Positions 1 to 9,800 of a stretch of 24,000 nucleotides of DNA are shown here, piece by piece (the first letter of the stretch is position 1; each line of letters opens with the position of its first letter). This DNA comes from Thermoleophilaceae bacterium (GTDB lineage: Bacteria > Actinomycetota > Thermoleophilia > Solirubrobacterales > Thermoleophilaceae). The notes below the pieces were generated by a model, which was given only the letters and a program-made list of their open reading frames with translations, did not search any database and was not told where the DNA came from. Position numbers and translations under genes: made by a program. The DNA lies in NCBI GenBank assembly GCA_052038485.1, contig JBQGCL010000039.1:6884-30883 (forward strand). Direction: 5' to 3'.

Positions 1-787
1 GGGCGCGCGGGTGATGCTGCGTGTCACGCCCGGCATCAAGCCCTCGACCCACTCCTACATCCAGACCGGCCAGGAGGACTCCAAGTTCGGTTTCGGCCTC
101 GACGACGTCGAGCGCGCGGTGGCGGCCTGCGCCGACGCGGGGCTCCAGCTCGACGGCCTGCACGCGCACATCGGCTCGCAGGTGTTCGAGCTAGAGGGCT
201 TCGAGCGCCTGGGCGAGGTGCTGTCGGAGATCGGGGACTGGCCGCTGCTCAACCTCGGCGGTGGGCTCGGCATCGCGTACACGCGCGACGAGCACCCGCC
301 GCCGGTGGAGGAATACGTCGAGGCGCTGCTCAGCCGCGCCCCCGGCGACGTGACCGTGCTCTGCGAGCCGGGCCGCTCGCTGGTCGGCAACGCCGGCGTC
401 ACGATCTACACGGTCGGCACGGTCAAGCGGATCCCCGGCGTGCGCACCTACGTCGCGGTCGACGGCGGCATGTCCGACAACCTGCGCCCCATGCTCTACG
501 GCGCCCGCTACGAGGCCGAGATCGCCGACCGCTTCGGCGGCTCCGACGAGGTCACGATCGCCGGCATGCACTGCGAGTCGGGCGACATCCTCGTGCGCGA
601 CGCCCTGCTCGACGACCCGCGCCCCGGCGACGTGCTCGTGACCCCCGCGACCGGCGCCTACGGCTACGCGATGGCCAACAACTACAACGCGCTCACGCGG
701 CCGCCGGTGATCTTCTGCAAGGACGGCGACGCCCGCGTGGTGGTGCGCCGCGAGACCTACGACGACCTGACCCGGCGCGATGGCTGA
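1..787 (+). CDS. lysA: diaminopimelate decarboxylase, 3' part only (gene starts upstream of the window)
   Basis: The frame of ORF 11..787 stays open back to base 2 (GARVMLRVTPGIK...), so the start codons at 11-16 are internal. The translation carries fold-III PLP decarboxylase blocks (IQTGQEDSKFGF, HAHIGSQ, CEPGRSLVG, DGGMSDNLRPMLYGA, CESGD). It sits in the classic lysA-hom-thrC-thrB order. Confidence 0.9.
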   Translation, partial: GARVMLRVTPGIKPSTHSYIQTGQEDSKFGFGLDDVERAVAACADAGLQLDGLHAHIGSQVFELEGFERLGEVLSEIGDWPLLNLGGGLGIAYTRDEHPPPVEEYVEALLSRAPGDVTVLCEPGRSLVGNAGVTIYTVGTVKRIPGVRTYVAVDGGMSDNLRPMLYGARYEAEIADRFGGSDEVTIAGMHCESGDILVRDALLDDPRPGDVLVTPATGAYGYAMANNYNALTRPPVIFCKDGDARVVVRRETYDDLTRRDG

Positions 788-2000
788 CTCGTTTCGGATC
801 GGGCTGCTCGGCCACGGGACCGTCGGCGCGGCGTTCGCCTCGCTGCTGGCCGAGCGCGCCGACGCGATCGAGGGCGAGGTCGGGCTGCGGCCCGAGCTGT
901 CCGGCATCCTGACCCGCAGCCAGGGCGACTTCGGCGACCTGCTCGAGGGCAGCGACCTGATCGTCGAGCTGATCGGCGGAATCGAGCCGGCGCGCGAGTA
1001 CGTCTTGCGCGCGCTGGAGGGCGGCCGCCACGTCGTCACGGCCAACAAGCAGCTGCTGTCCCAGCACGGCGAGGAGGTCTTCGAGGCCGCCCGCAGGGGC
1101 GCCGTGCAGCTGCGCTTCGAGGGTGCCGTGGCGGGGGTGGTGCCCGCGATCCGGGTGATGGCGGAGACCCTCGCCGCCGCCCACATCGAGCGCGTGCACG
1201 GCATCGTCAACGGCACGACCAACTACATCCTCACCCAGATGGCGGCCACCGGCGCCTCGTACGAGGACGCGCTGCGCGAAGCCCAGGAGATGGGCTACGC
1301 CGAGGCCGATCCGACCGAGGACGTGACCGGCAAGGACGCCGCGGCCAAGATGGCGATCCTGGCGCGGCTGGCATTCGGGGCCGCCGTGGCGCTCGACCAG
1401 GTCAGCTACGAGGGGATCGAGCGCATCACCGTCGACGACATCGAGTACGCAAGCGAGCTGGGGCTGTCGCTCAAGCTGATCGGCTCGGCCGAGCGGATCG
1501 ACGGCGGCGTGGCCGTGCACGTGCACCCGGCCTTCCTGTACGCCGACCACCCGCTGGCGAGCGTCAACGGCGCCTTCAACGCGGTCACCATCGAGTCGCC
1601 GGCGATCACCGAGATCACCCTGAGCGGCCCGGGCGCCGGCGGGATCCAGACCGCAAGCGCCGTCCTCGGCGACGTCATCTCCGCAATGATCCCGCCGCCG
1701 TCGCTGCCGCCGCCGGCGGTGGAGCTGCCGATCGTCACGGACGTCGAGTTCTCGTTCTACCTGCACCTCGAGGTGGCCGACCGGCCCGGCGTGCTCGCCC
1801 AGGTCGCCGAGATCCTCGGGCTCCAGGGGGTGTCGATCAGGTCGGTGGTGCAGAAGGGGCTGGGCGAGGAGGCGCGGCTGGTGATGGTCATGCACCCGGT
1901 GCTCGAGTCGAAGTTCCGCGCGGCGGTGGAGCTGCTGTCGCGGCTCGACTTCGTCCGCGAGCCGCCGCGCGTGATCCGCGTCATCGAGGAGACCTTCTGA
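780..2000 (+). CDS. hom: homoserine dehydrogenase with C-terminal ACT domain
   Basis: ORF 780..2000. ATG overlaps the lysA stop (ATGGCTGA). N-terminal Rossmann motif GLLGHGTVG, catalytic-domain blocks ([30 protein letters not shown]) and an ACT-like C-terminus ([22 protein letters not shown]). Confidence 0.95.
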   Translation: MADSFRIGLLGHGTVGAAFASLLAERADAIEGEVGLRPELSGILTRSQGDFGDLLEGSDLIVELIGGIEPAREYVLRALEGGRHVVTANKQLLSQHGEEVFEAARRGAVQLRFEGAVAGVVPAIRVMAETLAAAHIERVHGIVNGTTNYILTQMAATGASYEDALREAQEMGYAEADPTEDVTGKDAAAKMAILARLAFGAAVALDQVSYEGIERITVDDIEYASELGLSLKLIGSAERIDGGVAVHVHPAFLYADHPLASVNGAFNAVTIESPAITEITLSGPGAGGIQTASAVLGDVISAMIPPPSLPPPAVELPIVTDVEFSFYLHLEVADRPGVLAQVAEILGLQGVSIRSVVQKGLGEEARLVMVMHPVLESKFRAAVELLSRLDFVREPPRVIRVIEETF

Positions 2001-2989
2001 GCCTCTGGCGCTACCGCGACAGGCTGCCCGTGGACCCGCTCGTCACGATGGGCGAGGGGGACACCCCGCTGATCCCGGCGCCCCGCCTGTCCGAGCTGAC
2101 CGGGGCGGACGTGTGGCTGAAGCTCGAGGGCGCCAACCCGACGGGCTCGTTCAAGGACCGCGGCATGACGGTTGCTGTGTCGGCGGCGGTGGCCGAGGGC
2201 GCCGAGGCCGTCATCTGCGCGTCGACCGGCAACACCGCGGCCAGCGCCGCGGCCTACGCCGCTCGGGCCGGGCTGCGCGGGGCGGTGATCGTGCCGGAGG
2301 GCAAGATCGCCACGGGGAAGCTGGCCCAGGCGCTCATGCACGGAGCGCGCGTGATCGCGCTGCGCGGCAACTTCGACGAGGCGCTGTCGCTCGTGCGCGA
2401 GCTGGCCAAGCGCCACCCGATCGCGCTGGTCAACTCGGTCAACGACTTTCGCATCGAGGGGCAGAAGACGGGCGCGTTTGAGGTCTGCGACGACCTCGGC
2501 GACCCGCCCGACGTGCTCTGCATCCCGGTCGGCAACGCCGGCAACGTGACGTCTTGGTGGAAGGGCTTCCAGGAGTACGGGGCGGCACCGGCGCTGCACG
2601 GCTACCAGGCCGAGGGCGCCGCGCCGCTGGTGCACGGCGCGCCGGTCGAGGCGCCCGAGACGGTGGCCTCGGCGATCCGGATCGGCAACCCGGCCCGCTG
2701 GGAGGACGCGATGAACGCGTTCACCTCGTCGCGCGGCCAGGTGCGCGCGGTGTCCGACGCCGAGATCCTCGACGCCTACACGCTGCTCGGCGCGCGCGAG
2801 GGGGTCTTCTGCGAGCCGGCGTCGGCGGCGGCGGTGGCGGGACTGCTCAAGTACGGTGCCGAGGGCCGCGTCGTCTGCGTGCTGACCGGGCAGGGGCTGA
2901 AGGACCCGCAGACGGCGATGAACCGGGCCAGCCCGGTCGTGCCCTGCGAGCCCGACATCGCGAGCGTCGAGAAGGCCGTGCTCGGGTGA
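1997..2989 (+). CDS. thrC: threonine synthase; the track ORF starts at GTG 2030, the probable true start is CTG 1997
   Basis: PLP-lysine motif [10 protein letters not shown], then a TGNTAAS block and a typical short-form ThrC layout. In-frame codons upstream of 2030 encode [12 protein letters not shown], the conserved ThrC N-terminal segment. There is no ATG/GTG/TTG in that frame before 2030. CTG 1997 has GAGGAG 5 nt upstream and overlaps the hom TGA. Confidence 0.9.
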   Translation: MSLWRYRDRLPVDPLVTMGEGDTPLIPAPRLSELTGADVWLKLEGANPTGSFKDRGMTVAVSAAVAEGAEAVICASTGNTAASAAAYAARAGLRGAVIVPEGKIATGKLAQALMHGARVIALRGNFDEALSLVRELAKRHPIALVNSVNDFRIEGQKTGAFEVCDDLGDPPDVLCIPVGNAGNVTSWWKGFQEYGAAPALHGYQAEGAAPLVHGAPVEAPETVASAIRIGNPARWEDAMNAFTSSRGQVRAVSDAEILDAYTLLGAREGVFCEPASAAAVAGLLKYGAEGRVVCVLTGQGLKDPQTAMNRASPVVPCEPDIASVEKAVLG

Positions 2990-3834
2990 ACCGGCGCCGC
3001 GTCGTGCGGGTGCCGGCCTCCTCGGCCAACCTCGGGCCGGGCTACGACGTGCTCGCGGCCGCGCTCGACATCTCGCTCGAGCTGGAGGTGGAGGAGACCG
3101 GGGCCTTCTCGGTCAGCTCCGAGCTGCCGGGACTCCCGCTCGACCGCTCCAACCTGTGCGTGCGCGCATTCGAGCGGCTCCACCCGGCCGACGGGCTGAG
3201 CTTCGCGATCCGCTCCGAGATACCGCCGGCGGCCGGCCTGGGGTCCAGTGCCGCGGCGATCGTCGCCGGCCTGTGCGCCGCCGACCACATGTACGAGCTC
3301 GACGCCCCGCTGTTCGAGCTGGCCGTCGAGCTGGAGGGGCATCCGGACAACGTGGCGGCCGCGCTGCTGGGCGGGTTCGTCGTGTGCGCGGGGTCGCCGC
3401 TGCGCCTCGACCCGCCCCCTGGCTTGGAGGCGGTGATCGCGACGCCTCCCGACCCGGTCCCCACGGCTTCCGCGCGCGCCGCGCTCCCGGAGGAGGTCCC
3501 GCTCGCGGACGCCGTCTTCAACGTCGGCCGCGCGTCCCTGCTCGTCGTCGGCGTGGAGCGCGGCGACCTGTCCCTGATCGGGCGCGGCTTGGCCGACGCG
3601 CTGCACCAGCCGCGCCGGCGCCCGCTCTACCCGAGGTCGATGGAGCTGATCGAGGCCGCCGAGTCGTTCGGCGCGCTGGGCGCCACGGTCTCGGGGGCCG
3701 GCCCGACCGTGCTGTTCTGGTCGCACTGGGAGCAGACCGGCGCGCTGGTCGAGCGGCTGCGCGCCGAGGCGCCCGACTGCGAGGTGCGCCGCGTGACGTT
3801 CGCCCCGGGCGGAGCCGACGTCAATGAGCTCTGA
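2986..3834 (+). CDS. thrB: homoserine kinase (GHMP family)
   Basis: This is the C-terminal 282 codons of ORF 2554..3834. GTG 2986 overlaps the thrC stop (GTGA). N-terminus [15 protein letters not shown] and the GHMP ATP motif [16 protein letters not shown]. The upstream part of the ORF is Arg/Gly-rich and out of frame over thrC. Confidence 0.9.
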   Translation: MNRRRVVRVPASSANLGPGYDVLAAALDISLELEVEETGAFSVSSELPGLPLDRSNLCVRAFERLHPADGLSFAIRSEIPPAAGLGSSAAAIVAGLCAADHMYELDAPLFELAVELEGHPDNVAAALLGGFVVCAGSPLRLDPPPGLEAVIATPPDPVPTASARAALPEEVPLADAVFNVGRASLLVVGVERGDLSLIGRGLADALHQPRRRPLYPRSMELIEAAESFGALGATVSGAGPTVLFWSHWEQTGALVERLRAEAPDCEVRRVTFAPGGADVNEL

Positions 3835-4222
3835 CGAGATCCAGGCCGCCGGGGGGATCGTCCGGAGCGACGACAACCGGTTCGCGGTGGTGCACCGGCC
3901 CCGCTACGACGACTGGTCGCTGCCGAAGGGCAAGCTCGACCCGGGCGAGACGTTCGAAGAGGCGGCGCTGCGTGAGGTCTGGGAGGAGACGGGGTTGCGC
4001 TGCGAGCTGGTGCGGGAGCTGCCGCCGGTCCACTACACCGTGCGCGAGCGCCCGAAGATCGTGCGCTACTGGCTGATGTCCGTCGTCTCGGATCCCGGCT
4101 TCGAGCCGAACGACGAGGTCGACGAGCTGCGCTGGCTTGCGCCCCACGACGCCCTCGACCTGCTGACGTACGACCGCGACAAGGCCGTGGTGGCCGCGGC
4201 TGCGGCTAGAGGCCCAGGTTGA
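3824..4222 (+). CDS. Nudix hydrolase
   Basis: ORF 3824..4222. Complete Nudix box [23 protein letters not shown] (G-x5-E-x7-R-E-U-x-E-E-x-G-U). The ATG overlaps the thrB 3' end by 11 nt. Confidence 0.85.
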   Translation: MSSDEIQAAGGIVRSDDNRFAVVHRPRYDDWSLPKGKLDPGETFEEAALREVWEETGLRCELVRELPPVHYTVRERPKIVRYWLMSVVSDPGFEPNDEVDELRWLAPHDALDLLTYDRDKAVVAAAAARGPG

Positions 4223-4583
4223 GCGCGACGGCCTCACGAACGAGGCTCTTCAGCGCCTCCTCGTCGATCTCGTCGTGCTCCTTGATGTCGATGGCACGCC
4301 GGACCTTGCCCTCGAGGCTCGAGTTGAACAGCCCCGCAGGGTCGGGCAGCGACGCACCCTTGAAGAACGTCAGCTTGACCACGTTCTTGTAGGTCTCACC
4401 GGTGCAGACGCCGCCGTCGTGGGACCAGACCGGTGTTCCGGGGCTCGTGGCCTTCGCCCACTTCCACTCCTCGACGATCTCCGGGTCCGCTGCCCTGACG
4501 AGTGCCCGCACATGGCGCAGCGTCTCGCCGCGCCAGTCGCCCAGCTCCGCGATCCGCTCGTCTATCCGCTCCGAAGCCGTCAA
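4206..4583 (-). CDS. DUF1801 (YdhG-like) domain protein, about 125 aa
   Basis: Only the last ~125 codons of ORF 4206..6104 look coding ([42 protein letters not shown]...[11 protein letters not shown]...). This resembles the YdhG/DUF1801 family from memory. TTG 4583 overlaps the amidase TGA (TTGA), with GGAGG about 10 nt upstream. GTG 4616 is an alternative start. Confidence 0.6.
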   Translation of the reverse strand: MTASERIDERIAELGDWRGETLRHVRALVRAADPEIVEEWKWAKATSPGTPVWSHDGGVCTGETYKNVVKLTFFKGASLPDPAGLFNSSLEGKVRRAIDIKEHDEIDEEALKSLVREAVALNLGL

Positions 4584-6004
4584 GCCGGTGCGGCCTCCGG
4601 CCGCCGCTCGGCCCACGGGCGTGCCGCCTCCAGCTGAGCCGCCAGCGCGAGCAGCGGGCCCTCGCCCGCGGGCTTGCCCGCCAGCTGGACGGCGAGCGGC
4701 AGGCCGTCGTCTCCGTGGAAGAGCGGCACCGAGATCGCGGGCTGGCCGGTCACGTTGAAGATCGCCGTGTAGGGCGTGAACTGGCCCGAGCGGCGGAAGT
4801 CCTCCCAGGGCGCCGCGCTGCACGCGTCGATCTCGCCGATGCGCACCGGGCGCTGCGCCAGCGCCGGCGTCATCACGACGTCGTGGTCGTTCCAGAGCGC
4901 CACGATGGCCCGCGAGAACGCCCCGAGCTGGGTGCGCGCGAGCAGGTAGTCGAGCGCGTTGCGCTCGCGGATGCCGTTCCAGATCGTCCAGGAGAGCGGC
5001 TCGACGAGCTCCTCGGATGGCTCGCGCCCGGTCACCTGCGCCCCGAAGAAGAGCCCCATCGCGATCGGCGTGCCAAACACGAGCGTGAACACCTCGAGCA
5101 GGCCCCCCTGGGCCCAGGGCGCCTCGACCTCCTCGACGTCGTGCCCCAGCGACTCGAGCAGCTCCGCGGCGTCGCGGACGGCGCGCTCGCAGAGCGGGTC
5201 GAGCGGCGCGTCGATCGCGGCCGTGGTGGTCACGCCGATCCGCAGCCGCCCCGGCTCCCGCGCCGCGGCCGCCACGAACGGCTCCGCCGGCGGCGGGGCC
5301 CAGCTGGCGTCGCCGGTCTCGTAGCCGGCCAGCACGTCCAGCAGCGCGGCGGTCTCCGCGACAGTGCGCGTCAGCACGCCGTCCTGGACCAGCAAGTCGT
5401 CGCCCTGCTCCGGTCCGCGCGAGATCCGGCCGCGGCTCGGCTTGAGGCCGACGAGGCCGCAGCAGGCCGCCGGGATGCGGATCGAGCCGCCGCCGTCGCT
5501 GCCGTGGGCGAGCGGGACCATGCCCGCCGCCGTCGCCGCGGCCGCCCCGCCGGACGAGCCGCCCGGCGTGCGCTCGGTGTCCCAGGGGTTGCGGGTCGGG
5601 CCGAAACGGCGCGGCTCGGTCACCGGCAGGATCCCGAACTCGGGCAGGCTGGTCTTGCCGACGATCACGAAGCCCGCCTCGCGCAGCCGCCGCACGACGA
5701 AAGCGTCGATCTGCGCCACGAAGTCGCCGAAGATGTCCGAGCCCAGCCGGTAGGGCATGCCCGCGACCTGGGCCGTGTCCTTGACCGCGATCGGAACGCC
5801 CGCGAACGGGCGCGAGTCGCCCTGCGCGACGGCATCGGCGGCCGCCAGCGCCCCATCGGCATCCACGTGCACGAACGCGTTGAGCTCGGGCTGGAGCGCG
5901 TCGATCCGCTCGAGCGAGGCCTCGACGAGCTCGCGCGACGTCAGCTCCCCGGCGTGCACCAGGCGCGCGAGTTCGGTGGCCGGACGCGTAACGAGGTCGT
6001 CCAT
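4580..6004 (-). CDS. amidase-signature (AS) family amidase, 474 aa
   Basis: This is the C-terminal 474 codons of ORF 4580..6901, starting at ATG 6004 (MDDLVTRPATELARLV...). AS-family Lys / cis-Ser / Ser blocks: [48 protein letters not shown]. Confidence 0.85.
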   Translation of the reverse strand: MDDLVTRPATELARLVHAGELTSRELVEASLERIDALQPELNAFVHVDADGALAAADAVAQGDSRPFAGVPIAVKDTAQVAGMPYRLGSDIFGDFVAQIDAFVVRRLREAGFVIVGKTSLPEFGILPVTEPRRFGPTRNPWDTERTPGGSSGGAAAATAAGMVPLAHGSDGGGSIRIPAACCGLVGLKPSRGRISRGPEQGDDLLVQDGVLTRTVAETAALLDVLAGYETGDASWAPPPAEPFVAAAAREPGRLRIGVTTTAAIDAPLDPLCERAVRDAAELLESLGHDVEEVEAPWAQGGLLEVFTLVFGTPIAMGLFFGAQVTGREPSEELVEPLSWTIWNGIRERNALDYLLARTQLGAFSRAIVALWNDHDVVMTPALAQRPVRIGEIDACSAAPWEDFRRSGQFTPYTAIFNVTGQPAISVPLFHGDDGLPLAVQLAGKPAGEGPLLALAAQLEAARPWAERRPEAAPA

Positions 6005-6006
6005 GC

Positions 6007-6792
6007 CTAGTGCAGCGCGGGCGCCCCTGCCAGCCGCTCGCGTGCCTCGTTGAACCCGCCCAAGCGCCCCAGCACCTCGGCCGCCAGCGCCAGGTAGTCG
6101 GCACCCAGGTCGGGGGCGTAGTCGAGGATCGAGATGCCCCGCTCGGCCGACTCCGCGTAGCGGACGCTGCGACGCACGACGGTGCCGAAGACCTTGCCGT
6201 CGAAGCGCTCCTGCAGCGACTTGAGCGCCTCGCGCGAGTGCACCAGCCGCATGTCGGCGATGTTCAGCACCACGCCGAGCCAGTCGAGGTCGGGGTGCAG
6301 CGACTCGCGCGCCAGCTCGACGACCTCGAGCGCCTGCTCGACGCCCGGCAGCGAGAAGTACTCGGCCTCGCTGGTGATCAGTGCGTGCTCGGCGGCCACC
6401 AGGGCGTTGACGGTCAGCAGCCCGAGCGAGGGCGGGCAGTCGATCAGCACCAGGTCGTACCCGCGCCGCACCTCGCGCAGGCCGCGCTTGAGCGTCAGCT
6501 CGCGGCCCATCTTGCCGCTCAGGATCAGCTCGGCCTCGGCCAGGCCGAGGTTGGCCGGCAGCACGTCCGAGTAGACGGCGTCGGTTGCGCGCGACTGGCC
6601 CGCCAGCACGTCGGCGATCGTCGGCGCCGCGTCGGCCGGTACGTCGAAGTAGTCGGACAGGTTGCCCTGGGGGTCGAGGTCCACGCACAGCACCTCGAGC
6701 CCGGCGCGCCGGTACGCGTCCGCCAGCGTCCGCACGGTGGTCGTCTTCCCCGTGCCGCCCTTCTGAGAGAGAACGGTGATGGCTACGGACAC
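6007..6792 (-). CDS. ParA/MinD/Soj-family P-loop ATPase (orphan, no ParB nearby)
   Basis: ORF 6007..6792, GTG start. Deviant Walker A SQKGGTGKTT, then CVDLDPQGNLS, and a Walker B-like YDLVLIDCPPSLG. The stop lies 2 nt before the amidase ATG. Confidence 0.8.
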   Translation of the reverse strand: MSVAITVLSQKGGTGKTTTVRTLADAYRRAGLEVLCVDLDPQGNLSDYFDVPADAAPTIADVLAGQSRATDAVYSDVLPANLGLAEAELILSGKMGRELTLKRGLREVRRGYDLVLIDCPPSLGLLTVNALVAAEHALITSEAEYFSLPGVEQALEVVELARESLHPDLDWLGVVLNIADMRLVHSREALKSLQERFDGKVFGTVVRRSVRYAESAERGISILDYAPDLGADYLALAAEVLGRLGGFNEARERLAGAPALH

Positions 6793-6891
6793 GCTCGGTG
6801 GACCCTACTGCCTGGGTAAAGAGACGTACCATTGAGGGCTCGCACCCGTCGCGCGCCCGCTCGAAGAAGGCGCGAAACCCGAGGAAACCCG
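6793..6891. promoter_or_regulatory. divergent promoter/5'UTR region between the ParA-like operon and gltBD
   Basis: This is the only non-coding DNA between two divergent operons. It has a relatively AT-rich core (GGGTAAAGAGACGTACCATTGAGGG), an SD GAGGA about 7 nt before gltB ATG 6892, and a GAAACCCG x2 direct repeat at 6874-6891. Exact -10/-35 elements are not assignable by eye. Confidence 0.4.
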
Positions 6892-9800
6892 ATGGCACCA
6901 CCCCCCGGCCAGGCCGGTCACGGCCTGTACGACCCCACCTATGAGCACGATGCTTGCGGTGTCGCCTTCGTGGCGCGACTCGGCGCGCCCGCGTCCCATG
7001 AGGTGATCTCGCGCGCCCTCTGGGCGCTGGAGCACCTGGAGCACCGTGGCGCAGAGGGCGCCGACGCCGATACAGGCGACGGCGCGGGCATCCTGATCCA
7101 GCTCCCGGACCAGTTTCTACGCGCCGAGGTGCCGTTCGAGCTGCCCGAATTCGGCCGCTACGGCGTCGGCGTCTGTTTTCTCCCCAGCGACGAGTTCGCG
7201 CGCGAGCACGCGGAGAAGCTGATCGAGGACACCGTCGAGGCCGAAGGCCAGACCGTCCTCGGGTGGCGCGACGTGCCGGTCGACCCGGAGCACTGCGGCA
7301 ACACCGCCCGCGCGGTCGCCCCCTGCATACGCCAGCTGTTCATCGCCGCCAGCGGCGACACGGAGGACCAGGACGCCCTCGAGCGCCGCCTCTACGTCAT
7401 CCGCCGGGTGATCGAGCGCGCCGAGCTGCCGAACCTCGCAATCGCGTCGATGTCGAGCCGCACGGTCGTCTACAAGGGGATGCTCACCGCCCCGCAGATC
7501 TCCCAGTACTTCCCCGAGCTCAGGGACGAGCGGCTGGTCTCGCGGCTCGCGCTCGTCCACTCGCGCTTCTCGACCAACACCTTCCCGAGCTGGGAGCTCG
7601 CCCACCCGTACCGGATGCTCGCCCACAACGGCGAGATCAACACGCTGCGCGGCAACCGCAACTGGCACCGTGCCCGCGAGCTGACGCTCGCGTCGCCGCT
7701 GTTCGGCGACGACATCGACAAGATCCGCGGGCTGCTGCGCGACGACATCTCCGACTCGGCCTCGCTCGACGGCCTGATGGAGCTGCTTGTGCTGGGCGGC
7801 CGCTCGCCCGCCCACGCGATCTCGATGCTGATCCCCGAGGCCTACCAGGGCCGGCCGGAGCTCAAGCAGCAGGTGCGCGACTTCTACGCCTACCACTCCT
7901 CGCTGATCGAGCCGTGGGACGGTCCCGCGGCGGTCGCCTTCACCGACGGCCGGGTGATCGGCGCCACGCTCGACCGCAACGGCCTGCGCCCGGGCCGCTG
8001 GGTCGTGACCAAGAACGGCTGGGTCGTGCTCGCCAGCGAGACCGGCGTGCTGGAGGCCTCGGAGGACGAGATCGTCGCGAAGGGCCGCCTCCGGCCGGGC
8101 AAGCTGTTCCTGGTCGACCTCGAGCGCGACCGGATCGTGCCGGACGACGAGGTCAAGGCCGACCTGGCCCGCCGCCGCCCCTACGGCGAGTGGCTGCACG
8201 ACCGCGTCGTCCACATCGAGGACCTGCCCGACAAGAGCCCGCGCGTGCCGCGCGTGGAGCCGCTGCGCGCAAAGCAGCTCGCCTTCGGCTGGACCGAGGA
8301 GGACCTGAAGGTGCTGCTCGCGCCGATGGCGCGCGACGCCGCCGAGCCGACCGGGTCGATGGGCAACGACGTGGCGCTGGCGAGCCTCTCCAACCGGCTG
8401 CCGCCGCTGTTCTCCTACTTCAAGCAGCTGTTCGCCCAGGTGACCAACCCGGCGATCGACCCGATCCGCGAGTCGGTCGTGATGAGCCTGACCGCCTGTA
8501 TCGGCCCGGAGATCAACCTGCTCGGCGAGACGCCCGACCACTGCCACCAGCTCGTCATGGAGCAGCCGATCCTCCGCAACGGCGAGCTCGAGAAGCTGCG
8601 CCAGGTCGACCACAGCGTGTTCGAGGCCCGCTCGATCGACATGACCTGGCCGGTGGCCGAGGGCGAGGCCGGGATGGAGCAGCGCCTGACCGACATCTGC
8701 CGCGAGGCATCCGACCTGGTCCAGCGCGGCGTCAACATCATCATCCTGTCGGACCGCAACCTCGGCCCCGAGCGGGCGGCGATGCCGTCGCTGCTGGCCG
8801 TCGGCGCGGTCCACCACCACCTCGTTCGCGAGGGCACCCGCCTGCAGATCGGGCTCGTCGTCGAGACCGGCGAGGCCCGCGAGATCCACCACCTGGCGAC
8901 GCTGATCGGCTTCGGCGCGTCTGCGGTCAACCCCTACCTGATGTTCGAGTCGCTCTACGCGCTCCACCGCGACGGCCGGCTGCCGGAGGAGATGGCCCCG
9001 GCCGAGGCCGAGCAGCGCGTGATCAAGGCGATCGGCAAGGGCCTGCTGAAGATCCTCTCCAAGATGGGTATCTCGACCCTGCGCTCCTACACCGGCGCGC
9101 AGATCTTCGAGGCGGTCGGCGTGAAGCGCGAGGTGATCGACAGGCACTTCACCGGGACGCCCTCGCGGGTGGAGGGGATAGGCCTCAAGGAGATCGCCGA
9201 CGAGGCGCTCGGCCGCCACCGGCGCGCCTACCCGGCTGCGGTCTCGGAGCTGCTGCCGGCCGGCGGGATCTACGCCTGGCGCCGCCGCGGCGAGTACCAC
9301 GGCTGGAACCCGGAGACGATCGCGACGCTCCAGCAGGCCGCCCGCAACAGCGACGGCGCCGAGGCGTACGAGCGCTTCGCCACCTACGTGAACGACGTCG
9401 CGGTGCGCAACACCGCCCTGCGCGGGCTGCTGCGCTTCCGCGAGGACACCGAGCCGGTCCTGCTCGACGAGGTCGAGCCGGCGAGCGAGATAGTCAAGCG
9501 CTTCAAGTCGGGCGGGATGTCGCTTGGCGCGCTCTCGCCGGAGGCGCACGAGACGCTCGCCGTCGGGATGAACCGCCTCGGCGGGAAGTCGAACACCGGG
9601 GAGGGCGGCGAGGACGCCGCGCGCTTCGGCGACGAGCGGCGCTCGTCGATCAAGCAGGTCGCCTCGGGCCGCTTCGGCGTGACCGTCAACTACCTCGTCA
9701 ACGCCGACGAGCTCCAGATCAAGGTCGCGCAGGGCGCCAAGCCAGGCGAGGGCGGCCAGCTGCCCGGCCACAAGGTCGACCGCTACATCGCCGGCCTGCG

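Noticed and set aside
191-1895. Antisense ORFs over lysA/hom (191..1222 and 693..1895, minus strand)
   Set aside because: They give low-complexity Arg/Ala/Gly-rich translations opposite strongly recognisable lysA and hom. This is the stop-codon depletion expected in high-GC DNA.
2554-2985. N-terminal 144 codons of ORF 2554..3834, which would give a 426-aa thrB
   Set aside because: This part is Arg/Gly-rich and overlaps thrC out of frame. Homoserine kinase similarity begins right at GTG 2986, which forms a GTGA junction with the thrC stop.
4584-6104. Upstream roughly 500 codons of ORF 4206..6104 (632 aa), and ORF 4502..6010 on the plus strand
   Set aside because: They are off-frame or antisense to the amidase-signature gene, with an Arg/Gly/Ala-rich composition. 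Only the 3' 125 codons (DUF1801) look genuine.
6007-6792. ParA-like gene as a marker of a plasmid, ICE or partition module
   Set aside because: There is no ParB, parS-like repeat, relaxase, integrase or replication gene in the window. The flanks are core metabolism (thr cluster, gltBD), and composition is uniform with the surroundings.
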